Notes: generated by a model not told the origin, from the letters alone. Positions 9,331-19,083 are shown, counted from the stretch's first letter. The stretch is DNA of 64,000 nucleotides from Mycobacterium sp. (GCA_020438785.1 JAGQTW010000214.1:2668-66667), one strand, 5' to 3'. A program made the numbers and translations.

Positions 9331-10356
9331 CTACCGCCGCGGTCCGGTGTAGCTGCGGTCCAGTCCGTTGAGCGGGAACGTTTCGATCCATCCGGCCGAG
9401 AAAGTCGGTATCCGATCGTCGCCCACCCGGCGCACCGACCCGGCCTGCCCGTGATACGCATCGCCCCGGGCGGCGGCCAGGGACCGCATCTGGCCGCGGT
9501 CGGCCGCGGTGAATCGCCATTCGGTGCCCGCCGCGTGATACCGGGCGCTCGACACGTACCTGTCGGCGTCGAGCTGCACCTCGGCGGTGAGCTCGGTGGT
9601 CGCCATGATCGGCCCCCCCTCGTCTGCCGCGACCGCGAATCCCCAGTGCTCCTTGCCCAGACACAGGGCACCGAATTCGTGGCCGCCGTCGGCGTAGAAG
9701 TTGCCGAACGTCACCCAGGCGAGTTCGACGACGTTGAAGATCGGCCCGTTGTTGTAGACCTGGCCGACCGGGCCGTAGAAGTTGTCCATGGACACGAAAC
9801 CGTGGACCTCCCGACCGCCGACGTGGCCGGTGACCCGGAACGGTTGCGAGGCATACAGATTGCCGCCACGCTCGTCGATGTTGGGGGTGTACCACTGATA
9901 ACCAAGACCGAGGCGCGAGCCGCGCAGGTCGAGCAGATCGCCCTCGCTCCAGGAGAACTCGTCATCGGCGACGAACAGTTCGAACGGCTCGCTGTGGGGT
10001 GTGGCCGGCGCGGCGACCCGGAACGAGGATTGGTCGTCGGCCAGCGTCCAGCGCGCCCCCGCGCCGCGCTGCGAACGACCGAACACTTCCGGTGCGATCT
10101 CCAGGTTGTCGGTGCCCACGTTCGACGACAGCTGCAGCCCGCTCGACAGTTCGGTGTTGACCTTGCGCATCGGCGCCAGGAAATTGCCGTCATGGTCCTT
10201 CAGGCAACTCCACCAGTAGGTGGCCATCGGGCGCAGACCGAAGAACTCGCGTTCACACCAGGCGTCCGCGGCGGCGAATTCGCATGTGCTGACCAGGCTT
10301 CGGAAGTCGAAGTTGCCGCGCCGCCGCGATGGCCAGCGCCAGGATCCGCCGGTCAC
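9331..10356 (-). CDS. Uncharacterised AttH/CrtC-like beta-barrel protein (family X, copy 1)
   Basis: 341 aa, GTGA-coupled to the upstream gene. LYASQPFRVTGHVGGREVHGFVSMD motif is shared with four paralogues in the window. Confidence 0.7.
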   Translation of the reverse strand: MTGGSWRWPSRRRGNFDFRSLVSTCEFAAADAWCEREFFGLRPMATYWWSCLKDHDGNFLAPMRKVNTELSSGLQLSSNVGTDNLEIAPEVFGRSQRGAGARWTLADDQSSFRVAAPATPHSEPFELFVADDEFSWSEGDLLDLRGSRLGLGYQWYTPNIDERGGNLYASQPFRVTGHVGGREVHGFVSMDNFYGPVGQVYNNGPIFNVVELAWVTFGNFYADGGHEFGALCLGKEHWGFAVAADEGGPIMATTELTAEVQLDADRYVSSARYHAAGTEWRFTAADRGQMRSLAAARGDAYHGQAGSVRRVGDDRIPTFSAGWIETFPLNGLDRSYTGPRR

Positions 10357-11357
10357 CGCCCTGCCTTCTCGCGGAGGGCACCGGTCTCGACCAGCCTGCC
10401 GTTGTAGGTTTCCATCAGGGCCTCGGTGGCCTTGGGCCTGCGGGTCTCGTCGATGTGGTGCACCCAGCCCTGGCGCCAGCGGTGGCCCTCGATCAGATCG
10501 TGGCGAATGGGGCAGCGGCCGCCCTCGGCGGCCTCCCACACCCAGGTCTCACCGGCGCCGGTGTAGGTGATGCGCTGCGGGAAGGCCGACTCGGAGTCGA
10601 ACGGGCCGTCGAGCTCGGCCTCCACGACGACGTCGTGGGCGATCACCGGCGGCCCGTCACTGCGGTCGATGATCATCACGTTGAAACCCTCGGTTCCGTG
10701 GATCAGATGCCCGCTGTGGATCTCCCCGTCCTCGAACTCGGTCGCGAACGCCACCCAGGCGGTCTCCAGCCTGGTGATGACCGGCCCCTGCATGAACTGC
10801 CTGCCGTCCTTGGTGTGCATGCTGTCGTGGAATACCAGGCCGCTCACCGGAACACCCTTGATGGAGCCCTTCGCCCGGAACAGGCGGGAGGTGTACAGCA
10901 TCGGGTCGTCGGCGTCGACCGCATAGAACTGCAGACCCGAACCGACCCGTTCGCCCGTGATGTGCAGGTCGGCTCCGTCGCGCCACTCCATCGTCGTCTC
11001 GGTGACGGCCATCAGTGCCTCGCCGTCGGGTTTGACCACCTCGTAGCGGCCGCCGGAGTGGCGGTGCTCGATCGGGCCGCCGTAGGAGTTGGTCTCGTCG
11101 GTGGCGTAGCTGAAGTCACCGCCGATCTTGGACTCGCACAGGTGCAGATAGCGGGCGCGGTCGGAGTAGCACCCACGGATGGGCCACCAGTAGTCGCCGG
11201 CTTCGGATCGCACCGAGCCGTAGAAGTACTCCATGTTCATGCTCAGCCCGAGCACGTCGTCCCAGTGGGCTTCCGGCACCGGCTCGATCAGATTCCCGAC
11301 GATCGGGAACCCGTAGTGTCCACTCGTGCGCATCTGATGTGCCACAACAGTTCTCAT
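10353..11357 (-). CDS. Uncharacterised AttH/CrtC-like beta-barrel protein (family X, copy 2)
   Basis: 334 aa, ATGA overlap with the SDR-PEP fusion stop. Motifs LYTSRLFRAKGSIKGVPVSGLVFHD and ETAWVAFATEFEDG. Confidence 0.7.
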   Translation of the reverse strand: MRTVVAHQMRTSGHYGFPIVGNLIEPVPEAHWDDVLGLSMNMEYFYGSVRSEAGDYWWPIRGCYSDRARYLHLCESKIGGDFSYATDETNSYGGPIEHRHSGGRYEVVKPDGEALMAVTETTMEWRDGADLHITGERVGSGLQFYAVDADDPMLYTSRLFRAKGSIKGVPVSGLVFHDSMHTKDGRQFMQGPVITRLETAWVAFATEFEDGEIHSGHLIHGTEGFNVMIIDRSDGPPVIAHDVVVEAELDGPFDSESAFPQRITYTGAGETWVWEAAEGGRCPIRHDLIEGHRWRQGWVHHIDETRRPKATEALMETYNGRLVETGALREKAGR

Positions 11358-13993
11358 TTCTTCTCGTTGATTTCCAGAAGCGTGATGGCGCCGGTGGCGC
11401 CGTCCACTTCGACCAGTGCTCCGTCCGGGAGCCGCCGGGTGGCGTTGCGTGCGTCCACGACGCAGGTGACGTCGAATTCGCGAGCGACGATGGCGGCGTG
11501 CGACATCGGCCCACCGAGGTTGGTGACGACCGCTCCCGCGTAGGCGAACGCGGGGGTGTATCCGACGTCGGTGACCTCGGCGACCAGCACCTCGCCGGGT
11601 TCCAGGTCGTCGATGGTGTGCTGGTCGATGATCCGGACGCGGCCGGTGACACGGCCGCCGCTGACGCCGAGGCCGGTAAGTGTCTGCCCCGGCTCCAGTG
11701 GCGAGACATCCGGCACCGGCGCCCAACGACCGCTGAAGGCCTGGGGAACCCGGACATCGGCCAGCCGCGCCATCTCGGCACGCCTGCGGCTCACCAGGTC
11801 GCGGGCGTCCGGCGGCAGCGCCTCCAGTTCGTCGATGCAGAAGAAGAAGATGTCGTCGACCTGGTCGAGAACACCGCGGCGCACCAGCCGTCCACCGTGC
11901 TCGCGCAACAGCCGGCGCAGGATCCAGGTGGCCCGAACCACCTTGTCCCGCCGGACTTCCCGCTCGCGCAGTTGTCGTCCGACCAGCCCGGCCAGCCGGC
12001 CGGACGGTCGCTCTGCCGGGCCGCTGTCGAGACTCCCGTGCGCCATTGACTTAGCCACCATGCGGACGAATTGCTCAGGGTCGTCGGCGTAGGTGGTCGA
12101 CCGCAACTCGCACTCCCCCGGTCCGCGGTGGCCGACCTGGTCGAGTTCCGCGCGGATGGCCGCGTACAGGCGGGGTGCCCGTTCGCGGATCGCGGGCAGC
12201 AGATCACCAGGACCGGCGAGGACTGCCCTGGCAGCCGGATCGGACTGCGCCATCGCGGCCAAGCGCCGGACGCTGGCGAGAGCTCGTCCGCTGGCGAGTT
12301 CGGCTCCTGCCGTAGGCATCTCACCGCCGCCCAGACGCTCGGCAGCTGTGGCGGTAGCGGTGCACATCAACGCCGCCCAGGCAGCCAGGTTCCAGCCGTG
12401 CACGATGAGGTCGCGAGCGAGCAGGATCAGGCTCTCCAAGCGGTTGTCGTCGAGGTCGGCGAGATCGGACGGCAGCATTGCCTCGAGTTGGTCGACGTCG
12501 TCGACGAACGCCTTCGAGTCGAGTCCCGTACCCGCCAACAGTCCAGCCCCGGTCGCGCCCACCGCCAGGACGTCCCAGATCCGCCGGGATGTCGTGGCCC
12601 TCTCCCGGGGCGGTCGGCGCTCGCCGAACACCGGGGTGTCGCCGAGTTCACGGCCGAAGAACTGTTCGATCATGCTGTCGGGGTTGGTCCCAAGCATGGA
12701 CTCCGCCATGTAGTAGACCGACGTGACACCGCCGTAGACGCGGTGGCCGAACACTCCGATGGAGCGGGTGGCGATCTCGTGCCCGATCACGCCGGGCAGC
12801 CGTAGCCGCTCGGCGATCGACACTCCGCCCGCCCGTAGTCCCCGGATCGTCGACGAGGCCGATGCCGGGCTGAAGGGCCCGGGCAACGCCTCGGAGAGGT
12901 TGCTGGCCACGAACGTCGGGAAGCGGTCGTCGATGGGTGTGTCGAACTCGCCCACCAGCCCTTCCGGACCGGCCGGGTGCACGGCGGCGCCGTCCGGTGG
13001 GGGTGCGTCGGCGCGGGGGATGTTCTGCACGACCGGCATTCGCCACGGCAGAGTGAGGACGGTCTTGCTCAGTGCGATCTTTCCGCGCACGGCGCGCTCG
13101 AAGTCGGTGAGGCACTCCTCGGCATCGAACGCCGGGCGGTAGCCCCACTCGTCCCGGAGCCGGGTGGTGTCCATGATCGGGAAGTTGAGCAGCAGCTCGA
13201 ATTCCGCCGGTGACGCCTCGACCAGTTCCCGCCGGTAGAGCGCGCCCAGGACGGTGTCGAGCAACTTCTTGCGGGCAGGAAACACGCCGCGGTGCAGCTT
13301 GGCGGTGATGTCGCGCACCGTCGGCTCGCCGTCGGCCGCCAGGTTGACCGGCCCGATCTCGCTACCCAGCACGGCCCGGACGAACAGCCGGTGCACATCG
13401 TCGGTGTGCACGATCTGCATCGGCCGGTCGGCGGACCCACCGACGTCTGGGAAGGCCGGCGCGCCCAGCAGACGCATGACGGTGTTGTCGACGTCGCGGC
13501 CGACGACGATGCCCGGCCGGATCGCCACCCACTCCTTGCCCGGGCGGGCCAGCAGGCCCTCGACGTGTGCCTTGTGGAAGGCATAGAAGTGGTCCGGCGC
13601 GGGCTTTAGCTCGTCGTCCTCCCGGAGTCTGACCGAGCCCCCCGGGCGGGCGCCGTACGCCAGGACCGAGGACGCGAAGACGATCCGGCGGCTGCCCGTA
13701 CGATCCATCGCGGCCAGTACGTTCTCGGTGCCACCGATGTTGATCTCGCGGGTCAGCTTCTCGTCCGGATTCGAGTTGACCACCCAGGCGCAGTGGGCCA
13801 CGGCCTCGGCGCCGTCGACAGCCCGCTGTACCTTGCCGGCGTCGCGGATGTCGGCCTCGACGAATGCGCTGTCGGCCAACCAGTTCGACGGCCGGTGCCG
13901 CGCCAGACCGACGACCTCGTGGCCCTGCGCCCGCAACCGTGCCGCGATGCCCCGACCGAAGACGCCGCTGGCGCCGGTGACGGCGATCCGCAT
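11354..13993 (-). CDS. SDR (NAD-dependent epimerase/reductase) + RPH-like domain + PEP-utiliser phospho-His domain fusion (Rv2047c-like), copy 1
   Basis: TGASGVFG, FASS, YAFHK (SDR); SNLSEALPGP and GHRGPGECEL (central); GGPMSHAAIVAREF (swivel His domain). Start ATG 13993 overlaps the upstream stop by 1 nt. Confidence 0.85.
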   Translation of the reverse strand: MRIAVTGASGVFGRGIAARLRAQGHEVVGLARHRPSNWLADSAFVEADIRDAGKVQRAVDGAEAVAHCAWVVNSNPDEKLTREINIGGTENVLAAMDRTGSRRIVFASSVLAYGARPGGSVRLREDDELKPAPDHFYAFHKAHVEGLLARPGKEWVAIRPGIVVGRDVDNTVMRLLGAPAFPDVGGSADRPMQIVHTDDVHRLFVRAVLGSEIGPVNLAADGEPTVRDITAKLHRGVFPARKKLLDTVLGALYRRELVEASPAEFELLLNFPIMDTTRLRDEWGYRPAFDAEECLTDFERAVRGKIALSKTVLTLPWRMPVVQNIPRADAPPPDGAAVHPAGPEGLVGEFDTPIDDRFPTFVASNLSEALPGPFSPASASSTIRGLRAGGVSIAERLRLPGVIGHEIATRSIGVFGHRVYGGVTSVYYMAESMLGTNPDSMIEQFFGRELGDTPVFGERRPPRERATTSRRIWDVLAVGATGAGLLAGTGLDSKAFVDDVDQLEAMLPSDLADLDDNRLESLILLARDLIVHGWNLAAWAALMCTATATAAERLGGGEMPTAGAELASGRALASVRRLAAMAQSDPAARAVLAGPGDLLPAIRERAPRLYAAIRAELDQVGHRGPGECELRSTTYADDPEQFVRMVAKSMAHGSLDSGPAERPSGRLAGLVGRQLREREVRRDKVVRATWILRRLLREHGGRLVRRGVLDQVDDIFFFCIDELEALPPDARDLVSRRRAEMARLADVRVPQAFSGRWAPVPDVSPLEPGQTLTGLGVSGGRVTGRVRIIDQHTIDDLEPGEVLVAEVTDVGYTPAFAYAGAVVTNLGGPMSHAAIVAREFDVTCVVDARNATRRLPDGALVEVDGATGAITLLEINEKK

Positions 13994-15117
13994 CAGGGCT
14001 GTTGCCAGGGGACGACGGGGGCGACGCCCTCCATCGACGTGGTGCCGTCGTGGCTGCGGCGCAACAGCAGGAAGTCCGCCCCCTTGTACGCCCGATGATC
14101 CGAGGGGCCCAGCGTGATGATGGTCCCCGGCCCGCCGGTGCAGGACGGGATGCGGCGCAGGGTGTCCATCGCGTCGCGCAGTGCGGTCGGCGTCACATAC
14201 CGCATCCGGCCCAGCGCCAGGGCGAACGTGTTGCCGATGTCGTAGCCGGTCGACAAACCGGAGGTGGCGTAGCTGTACCCGAAACGCTTGTGGAAGCGCT
14301 CGAGCACCGCCGCGAAGACCTCGTTGCGTTCGTCGTACTGGTCGACGCCGACCCAGCCGTCGATCCGGCGGGCCCGCTCCTCGCTGTAGGTGGCGCTGAC
14401 GAACGCGGTCGTCTGGATCCGCGGCGGGTCCCAGCCGATTGCCTCCAGCGCCGGCCGCACCCACTGGTTCACACCGCCGAGGCCCAGGTACACCAGCGCG
14501 TCGGGTTTGGAGTCCCGGCACACCTCCAGCGCGCCCGTCAGCTCCTCGACACTGGTCGCCGGGTAGACCGGCGGCTCGGCGGTGATCACCAGGCCGTGCG
14601 GCTGCAACTCGTAACGGAAGAACTCCGCGTACTCCTCGCCGATCTGGGTGCGCTCCCGAAGAACTGCGATGCGCTTGTGGCCGTTGGCTTCCAGCCAGGC
14701 CGCCATCACCGCCGGCTCATCCGCCAGCCCGCCGTTGGCGAACGCGTAGGCGTAGTCGCCCCGAAAGCGCACCGAACCACAGATCGTCGCCGTCGGAACC
14801 TGCAGCCGCTCGATCTCGGGAAGCAGCGCCAGGCAGTTGTCCGATGTGAACGGACCCGCGATCCCCAGCACTCCCTCGTCCTCGACGAGCTCGCGGTAGA
14901 CCTTCTTCAGCTCGTGCGCCGACGCCCACGGCTGGGCGTAGACCTCGCGAACCACGATCTCGACATCACGCTCGAGCAGACCCCGCGCCTTGGCGTCCTC
15001 GCACGCCAACTTGACCGCATCCGGCCAGCAGTCGCTCAGGCCCGGATGCTCGGGAAGGTCGATGAGCATGCCCAGCTTGTACGGCTCGATCGGGCGACCG
15101 TGGTACACCGTGGCCAT
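13993..15117 (-). CDS. LivK/AmiC-type (periplasmic binding protein type 1) solute-binding protein lacking a signal peptide
   Basis: Pattern KLGMLI...VLGIAGPFTS...KRIAVL...GEEY...KPDALVYLG...GYD. RBS GGAGGT 6 nt before ATG 15117. No hydrophobic N-terminal segment or lipobox. Confidence 0.72.
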   Translation of the reverse strand: MATVYHGRPIEPYKLGMLIDLPEHPGLSDCWPDAVKLACEDAKARGLLERDVEIVVREVYAQPWASAHELKKVYRELVEDEGVLGIAGPFTSDNCLALLPEIERLQVPTATICGSVRFRGDYAYAFANGGLADEPAVMAAWLEANGHKRIAVLRERTQIGEEYAEFFRYELQPHGLVITAEPPVYPATSVEELTGALEVCRDSKPDALVYLGLGGVNQWVRPALEAIGWDPPRIQTTAFVSATYSEERARRIDGWVGVDQYDERNEVFAAVLERFHKRFGYSYATSGLSTGYDIGNTFALALGRMRYVTPTALRDAMDTLRRIPSCTGGPGTIITLGPSDHRAYKGADFLLLRRSHDGTTSMEGVAPVVPWQQP

Positions 15118-15172
15118 CGTCAAACCTCCGCTGCCACAGTGAATCCGAGTCGGTCAATCACGGCGTTCTCCT

Positions 15173-15763
15173 TCATCTCGGCGCTATTCCCAGCGCGATG
15201 ACGACTTCGTTGACGATCGATGCGATCTGTTCGGGCTCGCCGGCCAGCAGTTCCGGCCGGCACAGGATGTCGTTGGCGACGCCGATTCCCACCACCCAGG
15301 CGAACAAGAGTTCGGCGACCAGCGCCGCATCGGGACGATCGATCGAGTCGGCGATCGTGCCGACGATCTGATCGAAACCCTCCCGGTGCAGCCGGCCGAG
15401 CTGGTCGTTCTCCCGGGCACTGCGGATCAGCGACACCACGGGCGCCGCCTCGCCGCCGCTGCCGCCGAGAATGGTCTGGACGAGGTTGGCTATCGCGGTG
15501 GCCTGGCCGTCTTCGAAGAGGGCGTCGATGTACGCCTTCTGCGGGACGGCCTTGGCGTACAGCCGATCCTTGGATCCGAAATACCGGAAGACCAGGGACT
15601 GGTTGACACCGGCGGCATCGGCGATGTCGCGGACCGACGTTGGCGCGTAGCCGTCTTCGGTGAAGAGATGGCGCGCAGCATTGATGATCGCCAGCTTCTT
15701 GGCCTCCGGATCGCGACGCCAGCGCGGACCGTCGGCGGACTCGGCAACGGCGTTCCCGGCCAC
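15173..15763 (-). CDS. TetR/AcrR family transcriptional regulator
   Basis: IINAARHLFTEDGYAPTSVRDIADAAGVNQSLVFRYFGSKDRL helix-turn-helix. Confidence 0.92.
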   Translation of the reverse strand: MAGNAVAESADGPRWRRDPEAKKLAIINAARHLFTEDGYAPTSVRDIADAAGVNQSLVFRYFGSKDRLYAKAVPQKAYIDALFEDGQATAIANLVQTILGGSGGEAAPVVSLIRSARENDQLGRLHREGFDQIVGTIADSIDRPDAALVAELLFAWVVGIGVANDILCRPELLAGEPEQIASIVNEVVIALGIAPR

Positions 15764-15820
15764 GATCGACCTCCTGGCACTCTCGACGCAGCCCCGGGCC
15801 GCGGTGATCCGTTGCGCCTG

Positions 15821-15850
15821 ATGCTAAGTCCGCCGATTCGCGATAGTCAA
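15821..15850 (-). promoter_or_regulatory. Putative SigA promoter for the TetR-SBP-fusion operon
   Basis: Minus strand reads TTGACT-N18-TAGCAT, 57 bp upstream of the TetR start. Confidence 0.5.
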
Positions 15851-15868
15851 TCCTCGGATTAAATAACT

Positions 15869-16063
15869 TCAGTCCTCGATCGTCAGCGCGCCCTCGGGGC
15901 ACGATTCGACGCCGAGCCGAACCTGGTCTTCCAGACCGGCGGGCACCACCTTGCCGGTGCCGATGGAGCTGTATCCGCTCTCGTCGAGGGTGAAGAACTC
16001 ACCCCCGACGGCCTCGCACATGCCGTGCCCCTGACACTTCTTCGAGTCGACACCGACCTTCAC
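15869..16063 (-). CDS. 3Fe-4S type ferredoxin (P450 partner)
   Basis: CQGHGMC...CPEGA motif, 64 aa; RBS GGAGGGA. Confidence 0.92.
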   Translation of the reverse strand: MKVGVDSKKCQGHGMCEAVGGEFFTLDESGYSSIGTGKVVPAGLEDQVRLGVESCPEGALTIED

Positions 16064-16096
16064 AGCGGTTGTCCCTCCTGCTCTCGGCGGCCCACG

Positions 16097-17275
16097 TCAG
16101 CGGCCCCTGGTCAACAACAATGCGCCGCCAAGATAGCCGCCGCCCGCGGCGACGACGGCCACTTCCGGGTTCCCGGGCACCTGCCGTTCGCCGGCCTCCC
16201 CCCGCAACTGCAGGCACGCCTCGTGCAGATGGCCGAAGCCGTGCAGGCGGCCCGCGGACAGTTGGCCGCCGCCGGTGTTGAGCGGCAGCGGCCCCTGACG
16301 GCCGATGTTCGTCCCTCCGGCCACGAAGGGACCGGCCTCGCCCCGACCACACAGGCCGAGGGCCTCCAGCCAGATCAGTGTCAGGATCGAGAAGCCGTCG
16401 TACAGCTGGGCAACGTCGACGTCTGTCGGCCTGAGATCGGTTGATCGCCAGAGGCTTTCGCCGGCATCATGGGCGGCCATCGACGTCAGGTCCTGGTATT
16501 GGTCCCAGTAGGGCCGGCCGTGGATGGCCGAGCCGACGGCATCGATCTCGACCGGCGCGCCACGCAGGCCGGACGCGGCGTCGGCGGCGGAGATGATGTA
16601 AGCCGTTGAACCGTCGACCGGGATGTCGCAGTCGAACAGGCACAGCGGCTCGCTGATCATCCGAGCGTCCAGGTAGTCCTGGAGAGTCATCGGATCACGC
16701 AGCACCGCTTTGGGATTCAGGCCGGCGTTCGCCCGCTGGGTCATCGCCAACCCGGCGACCTGCTCGCGGGTGGTGCCGTATTCGTGGAAGTGGCGCGTCG
16801 CCAGCAGTGCGGCCCAGTTCGCCGCGGATACCGCGCCGAACGGCACGAACCACTGATGGGAGCCGTCCACGCGACTCCCCGAACTGCCAATCACCGACGC
16901 CCGGCGGTTGGCCGTCTGCGCCGTGCTCTCCCACAGCGTGCGGAAGCACAACACATGCCGGGCCAGGCCGGCTCGAATGGCCGCCACCGCGTTGATCACC
17001 GCACCCAGTTGTCCCGCGGTTTCACTTCCGCCGCTGAACCATTCGAGTTCCAGGCCGAGCGCGTCCTTGACGTCCCAGACGCCGCTGCCGGAGAACCCGG
17101 GAGCCGGTCCGTGGGTACCGGGCCAGGTGGACAGCCCGTCGATGTCGGAAGTCGTGAGCCCGGCGTCGGCGGCGGCGGCCAGGGTGGCCTGCACCGTCAG
17201 CGACAACGGGGACCGCCCGAGCCGGCGGCCGACGTCGGACTGCCCGATACCACTAATGAGCACCCCGGTGCTCAC
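16097..17275 (-). CDS. Thiolase-fold (SCP2/Ltp2-like) protein, copy 1
   Basis: ISGIGQS, LFDCDIPVDG, QLYDGFS, PLNTGGGQLSAGRLHG. GTGA-coupled to the DUF35 gene. Confidence 0.85.
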   Translation of the reverse strand: MSTGVLISGIGQSDVGRRLGRSPLSLTVQATLAAAADAGLTTSDIDGLSTWPGTHGPAPGFSGSGVWDVKDALGLELEWFSGGSETAGQLGAVINAVAAIRAGLARHVLCFRTLWESTAQTANRRASVIGSSGSRVDGSHQWFVPFGAVSAANWAALLATRHFHEYGTTREQVAGLAMTQRANAGLNPKAVLRDPMTLQDYLDARMISEPLCLFDCDIPVDGSTAYIISAADAASGLRGAPVEIDAVGSAIHGRPYWDQYQDLTSMAAHDAGESLWRSTDLRPTDVDVAQLYDGFSILTLIWLEALGLCGRGEAGPFVAGGTNIGRQGPLPLNTGGGQLSAGRLHGFGHLHEACLQLRGEAGERQVPGNPEVAVVAAGGGYLGGALLLTRGR

Positions 17276-17688
17276 GGCGGCGCCCCATCCGGCCGGAACA
17301 ATGGCAACCACACGTCGCCAGCGGGTTCGAACACCACGTGCACCCGCATCCCGATGCGGACAGCCTCCGGCTCGACGCCGACGAGCCGCGTCGACACCCG
17401 CAGTTCCGGGTCGTCGTCGAGGCCGATCACGGCGATGACGTACGGCGGGGCCAGGGCCGGCAACCACTGCTGGCGGTTGACGGTGTAGGTCAGTACCACA
17501 CCGCGCCCCGATGACGGTTCCGGTCCGACGTTCGTGGACAGGCAGAACCGGCACACCGGTACCGGCGGGTGCAGCCAGCGCGCACAGTCGCCGCACCGGG
17601 TGATCAGCAACCGCCCGTCGCCACCTCCGGTCCAGAACGGTGTGTTGTCGGCGTCCAGCGCAGGCAGCGGGGCCGAGGGTTCACCCAT
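17272..17688 (-). CDS. DUF35 Zn-ribbon/OB-fold protein (ChsH2 C-terminal-like), copy 1
   Basis: PFW...RCGDC...HPPVPVCRFC...GVVLTYTV...IGMRVHVVF. Confidence 0.9.
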   Translation of the reverse strand: MGEPSAPLPALDADNTPFWTGGGDGRLLITRCGDCARWLHPPVPVCRFCLSTNVGPEPSSGRGVVLTYTVNRQQWLPALAPPYVIAVIGLDDDPELRVSTRLVGVEPEAVRIGMRVHVVFEPAGDVWLPLFRPDGAPP

Positions 17689-18292
17689 CGGTGCGGGCGG
17701 GCAGGCCGATCGCGCGCGAAATCAGCTGCACCACTGATCGTTTCAAGTCCTCGCGCACAGTGTGGCCCGAACCGTTGGGCCAGTCGAGCGCGTTGCCCCG
17801 GATGATGTAGAGGATCGCCCGCGCATCGGCCACCGGGTCGGCGCACCGCAGTTCACCATTGGCGTGCCCGTCCGCCAACGCCGTGACCAGGGGAGCCGAC
17901 AACGCGGCGATGCACCGCTCCAGGGCCTCCGGGTGGTCGGTCATCACCGTCCGCCAGTTCAGCTTGTCGACCAGGAAGCCACCGCCGGAACGGAACTCAC
18001 CGGCCCGGTCGAGTTCGGCCAGGACGTAGTTCCACACCCGTTCCGTCGCCGTCCGCGCCTGCCGGGACTCGGCTTCCAACTGGGCGGCCAGGGCGTGGAC
18101 CTCCCGCTCGAGCAGCGCGACCACCAACTCGTCCTTGCCGCTGAAATGCCGGTAGAAACTGTGCGTCGACAACCGGGCCTGCCGACAGACGTTGCGAACC
18201 TTGAAATCGCACCGGGCGCTGTCGTTGAGCACCTGCTGGGAGGCCTCGATCAGGGCCTGCCGTTCGTCGGTCCGTTCGTCGGTCTCAGTCAT
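17681..18292 (-). CDS. TetR/AcrR family transcriptional regulator
   Basis: LIEASQQVL...FKVRNVCRQARLSTHSFYRHFSGKDELV HTH. Start MTETDER overlaps the HAD stop. Confidence 0.85.
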   Translation of the reverse strand: MTETDERTDERQALIEASQQVLNDSARCDFKVRNVCRQARLSTHSFYRHFSGKDELVVALLEREVHALAAQLEAESRQARTATERVWNYVLAELDRAGEFRSGGGFLVDKLNWRTVMTDHPEALERCIAALSAPLVTALADGHANGELRCADPVADARAILYIIRGNALDWPNGSGHTVREDLKRSVVQLISRAIGLPARTDG

Positions 18293-18902
18293 AGATCCGG
18301 TCCAGTTCGGCGATGGTGTCAGCGGCGGAGGTGTGCAGGATCGTGCGCATCCCCAACGAGCGGGCGGGACCGAGATTGGATTCGACGTCGTCGATGAAGA
18401 CACAGGCCTCGGGCGAGCGTCCCGCCCGCTCGGCGGCCAGCTGGTACACCCGCGGATCCGGCTTGCGCAGCTTCACCACCGAGGACACCAGCGTGTCGGT
18501 GAACTTGGGCAGGACGTCCCAGGGATAGGTGTCCACCGATCCCCAGGAATTGCTCACCAGGACGGTCGGGACACCACGGTCGATGAGCTGTTCCACCGCG
18601 GCGAGCATGGCCTGGTCGACGTCCCAGGTGATGGTCTCCACCCGCGCCATCCAGTCCTGCCCACACACCGGGCCGCTGGCGTGCCGGGTGAGCAGAGGGG
18701 TGATCAGATCGCAGAAGTCATCATGGCCGATGCTGCCCAGTTCGAGTCGTGCGAAGGGGCTTTCCGGGTCGCTGCCGAAGCACTCCGAGATGAAGGGCCG
18801 CGGGTCCACCCCCAGGTCGGTGCAGGCGTCGGAGAAATGTTCGAACACCGAGGCCGTCAGGACCCCGCCGTAGTCGATGAGTAGCGCCGGCGAGCCGCCC
18901 AC
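18285..18902 (-). CDS. HAD-superfamily phosphatase (sEH N-terminal-like), copy 1
   Basis: Motif I IDYGGVL, motif II VSNS, RKPDPRVY, FIDD..SNL. Start GTG 18902 follows a GGAGAGGAG RBS. Confidence 0.88.
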   Translation of the reverse strand: MGGSPALLIDYGGVLTASVFEHFSDACTDLGVDPRPFISECFGSDPESPFARLELGSIGHDDFCDLITPLLTRHASGPVCGQDWMARVETITWDVDQAMLAAVEQLIDRGVPTVLVSNSWGSVDTYPWDVLPKFTDTLVSSVVKLRKPDPRVYQLAAERAGRSPEACVFIDDVESNLGPARSLGMRTILHTSAADTIAELDRIYD

Positions 18903-18958
18903 TTGGGATCCTCCTCTCCGCGAAACGTCCCCCAAGCCGCCCGATCGGATCATAATAG

Positions 18959-18969
18959 TAACCTGGTTA
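18959..18969. promoter_or_regulatory. Palindromic operator TAACCTGGTTA
   Basis: AT-rich divergent intergenic region between HAD and ACAD operons. Same motif at 48905, 62047 (1 mismatch) and 63663. Confidence 0.6.
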
Positions 18970-19083
18970 GCTAATTAAGTTTTCGGTCCGCCTGGAGGCG
19001 GTCGACGGCTGTTACCGATCACTTTGTTTGGCGCTAGTTTATCTATATGATCTGATTGGTCAATCCCCAGTTGAGGAGGCGAC

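Noticed and set aside
11354-13993. Rifampicin phosphotransferase (antibiotic resistance) call for the three fusions
   Set aside because: They lack the N-terminal ATP-grasp domain, carry an SDR instead, and sit in a catabolic context.
13994-14521. N-terminal extensions in the ORF track (1055-aa fusion 1, 903-aa ACAD, 652-aa dehydrogenase, 581-aa HAD, 534-aa TetR) suggesting larger fusions
   Set aside because: The extensions are Arg/Pro-rich alternative frames of upstream genes. True starts coincide with stop/start overlaps or RBSs.
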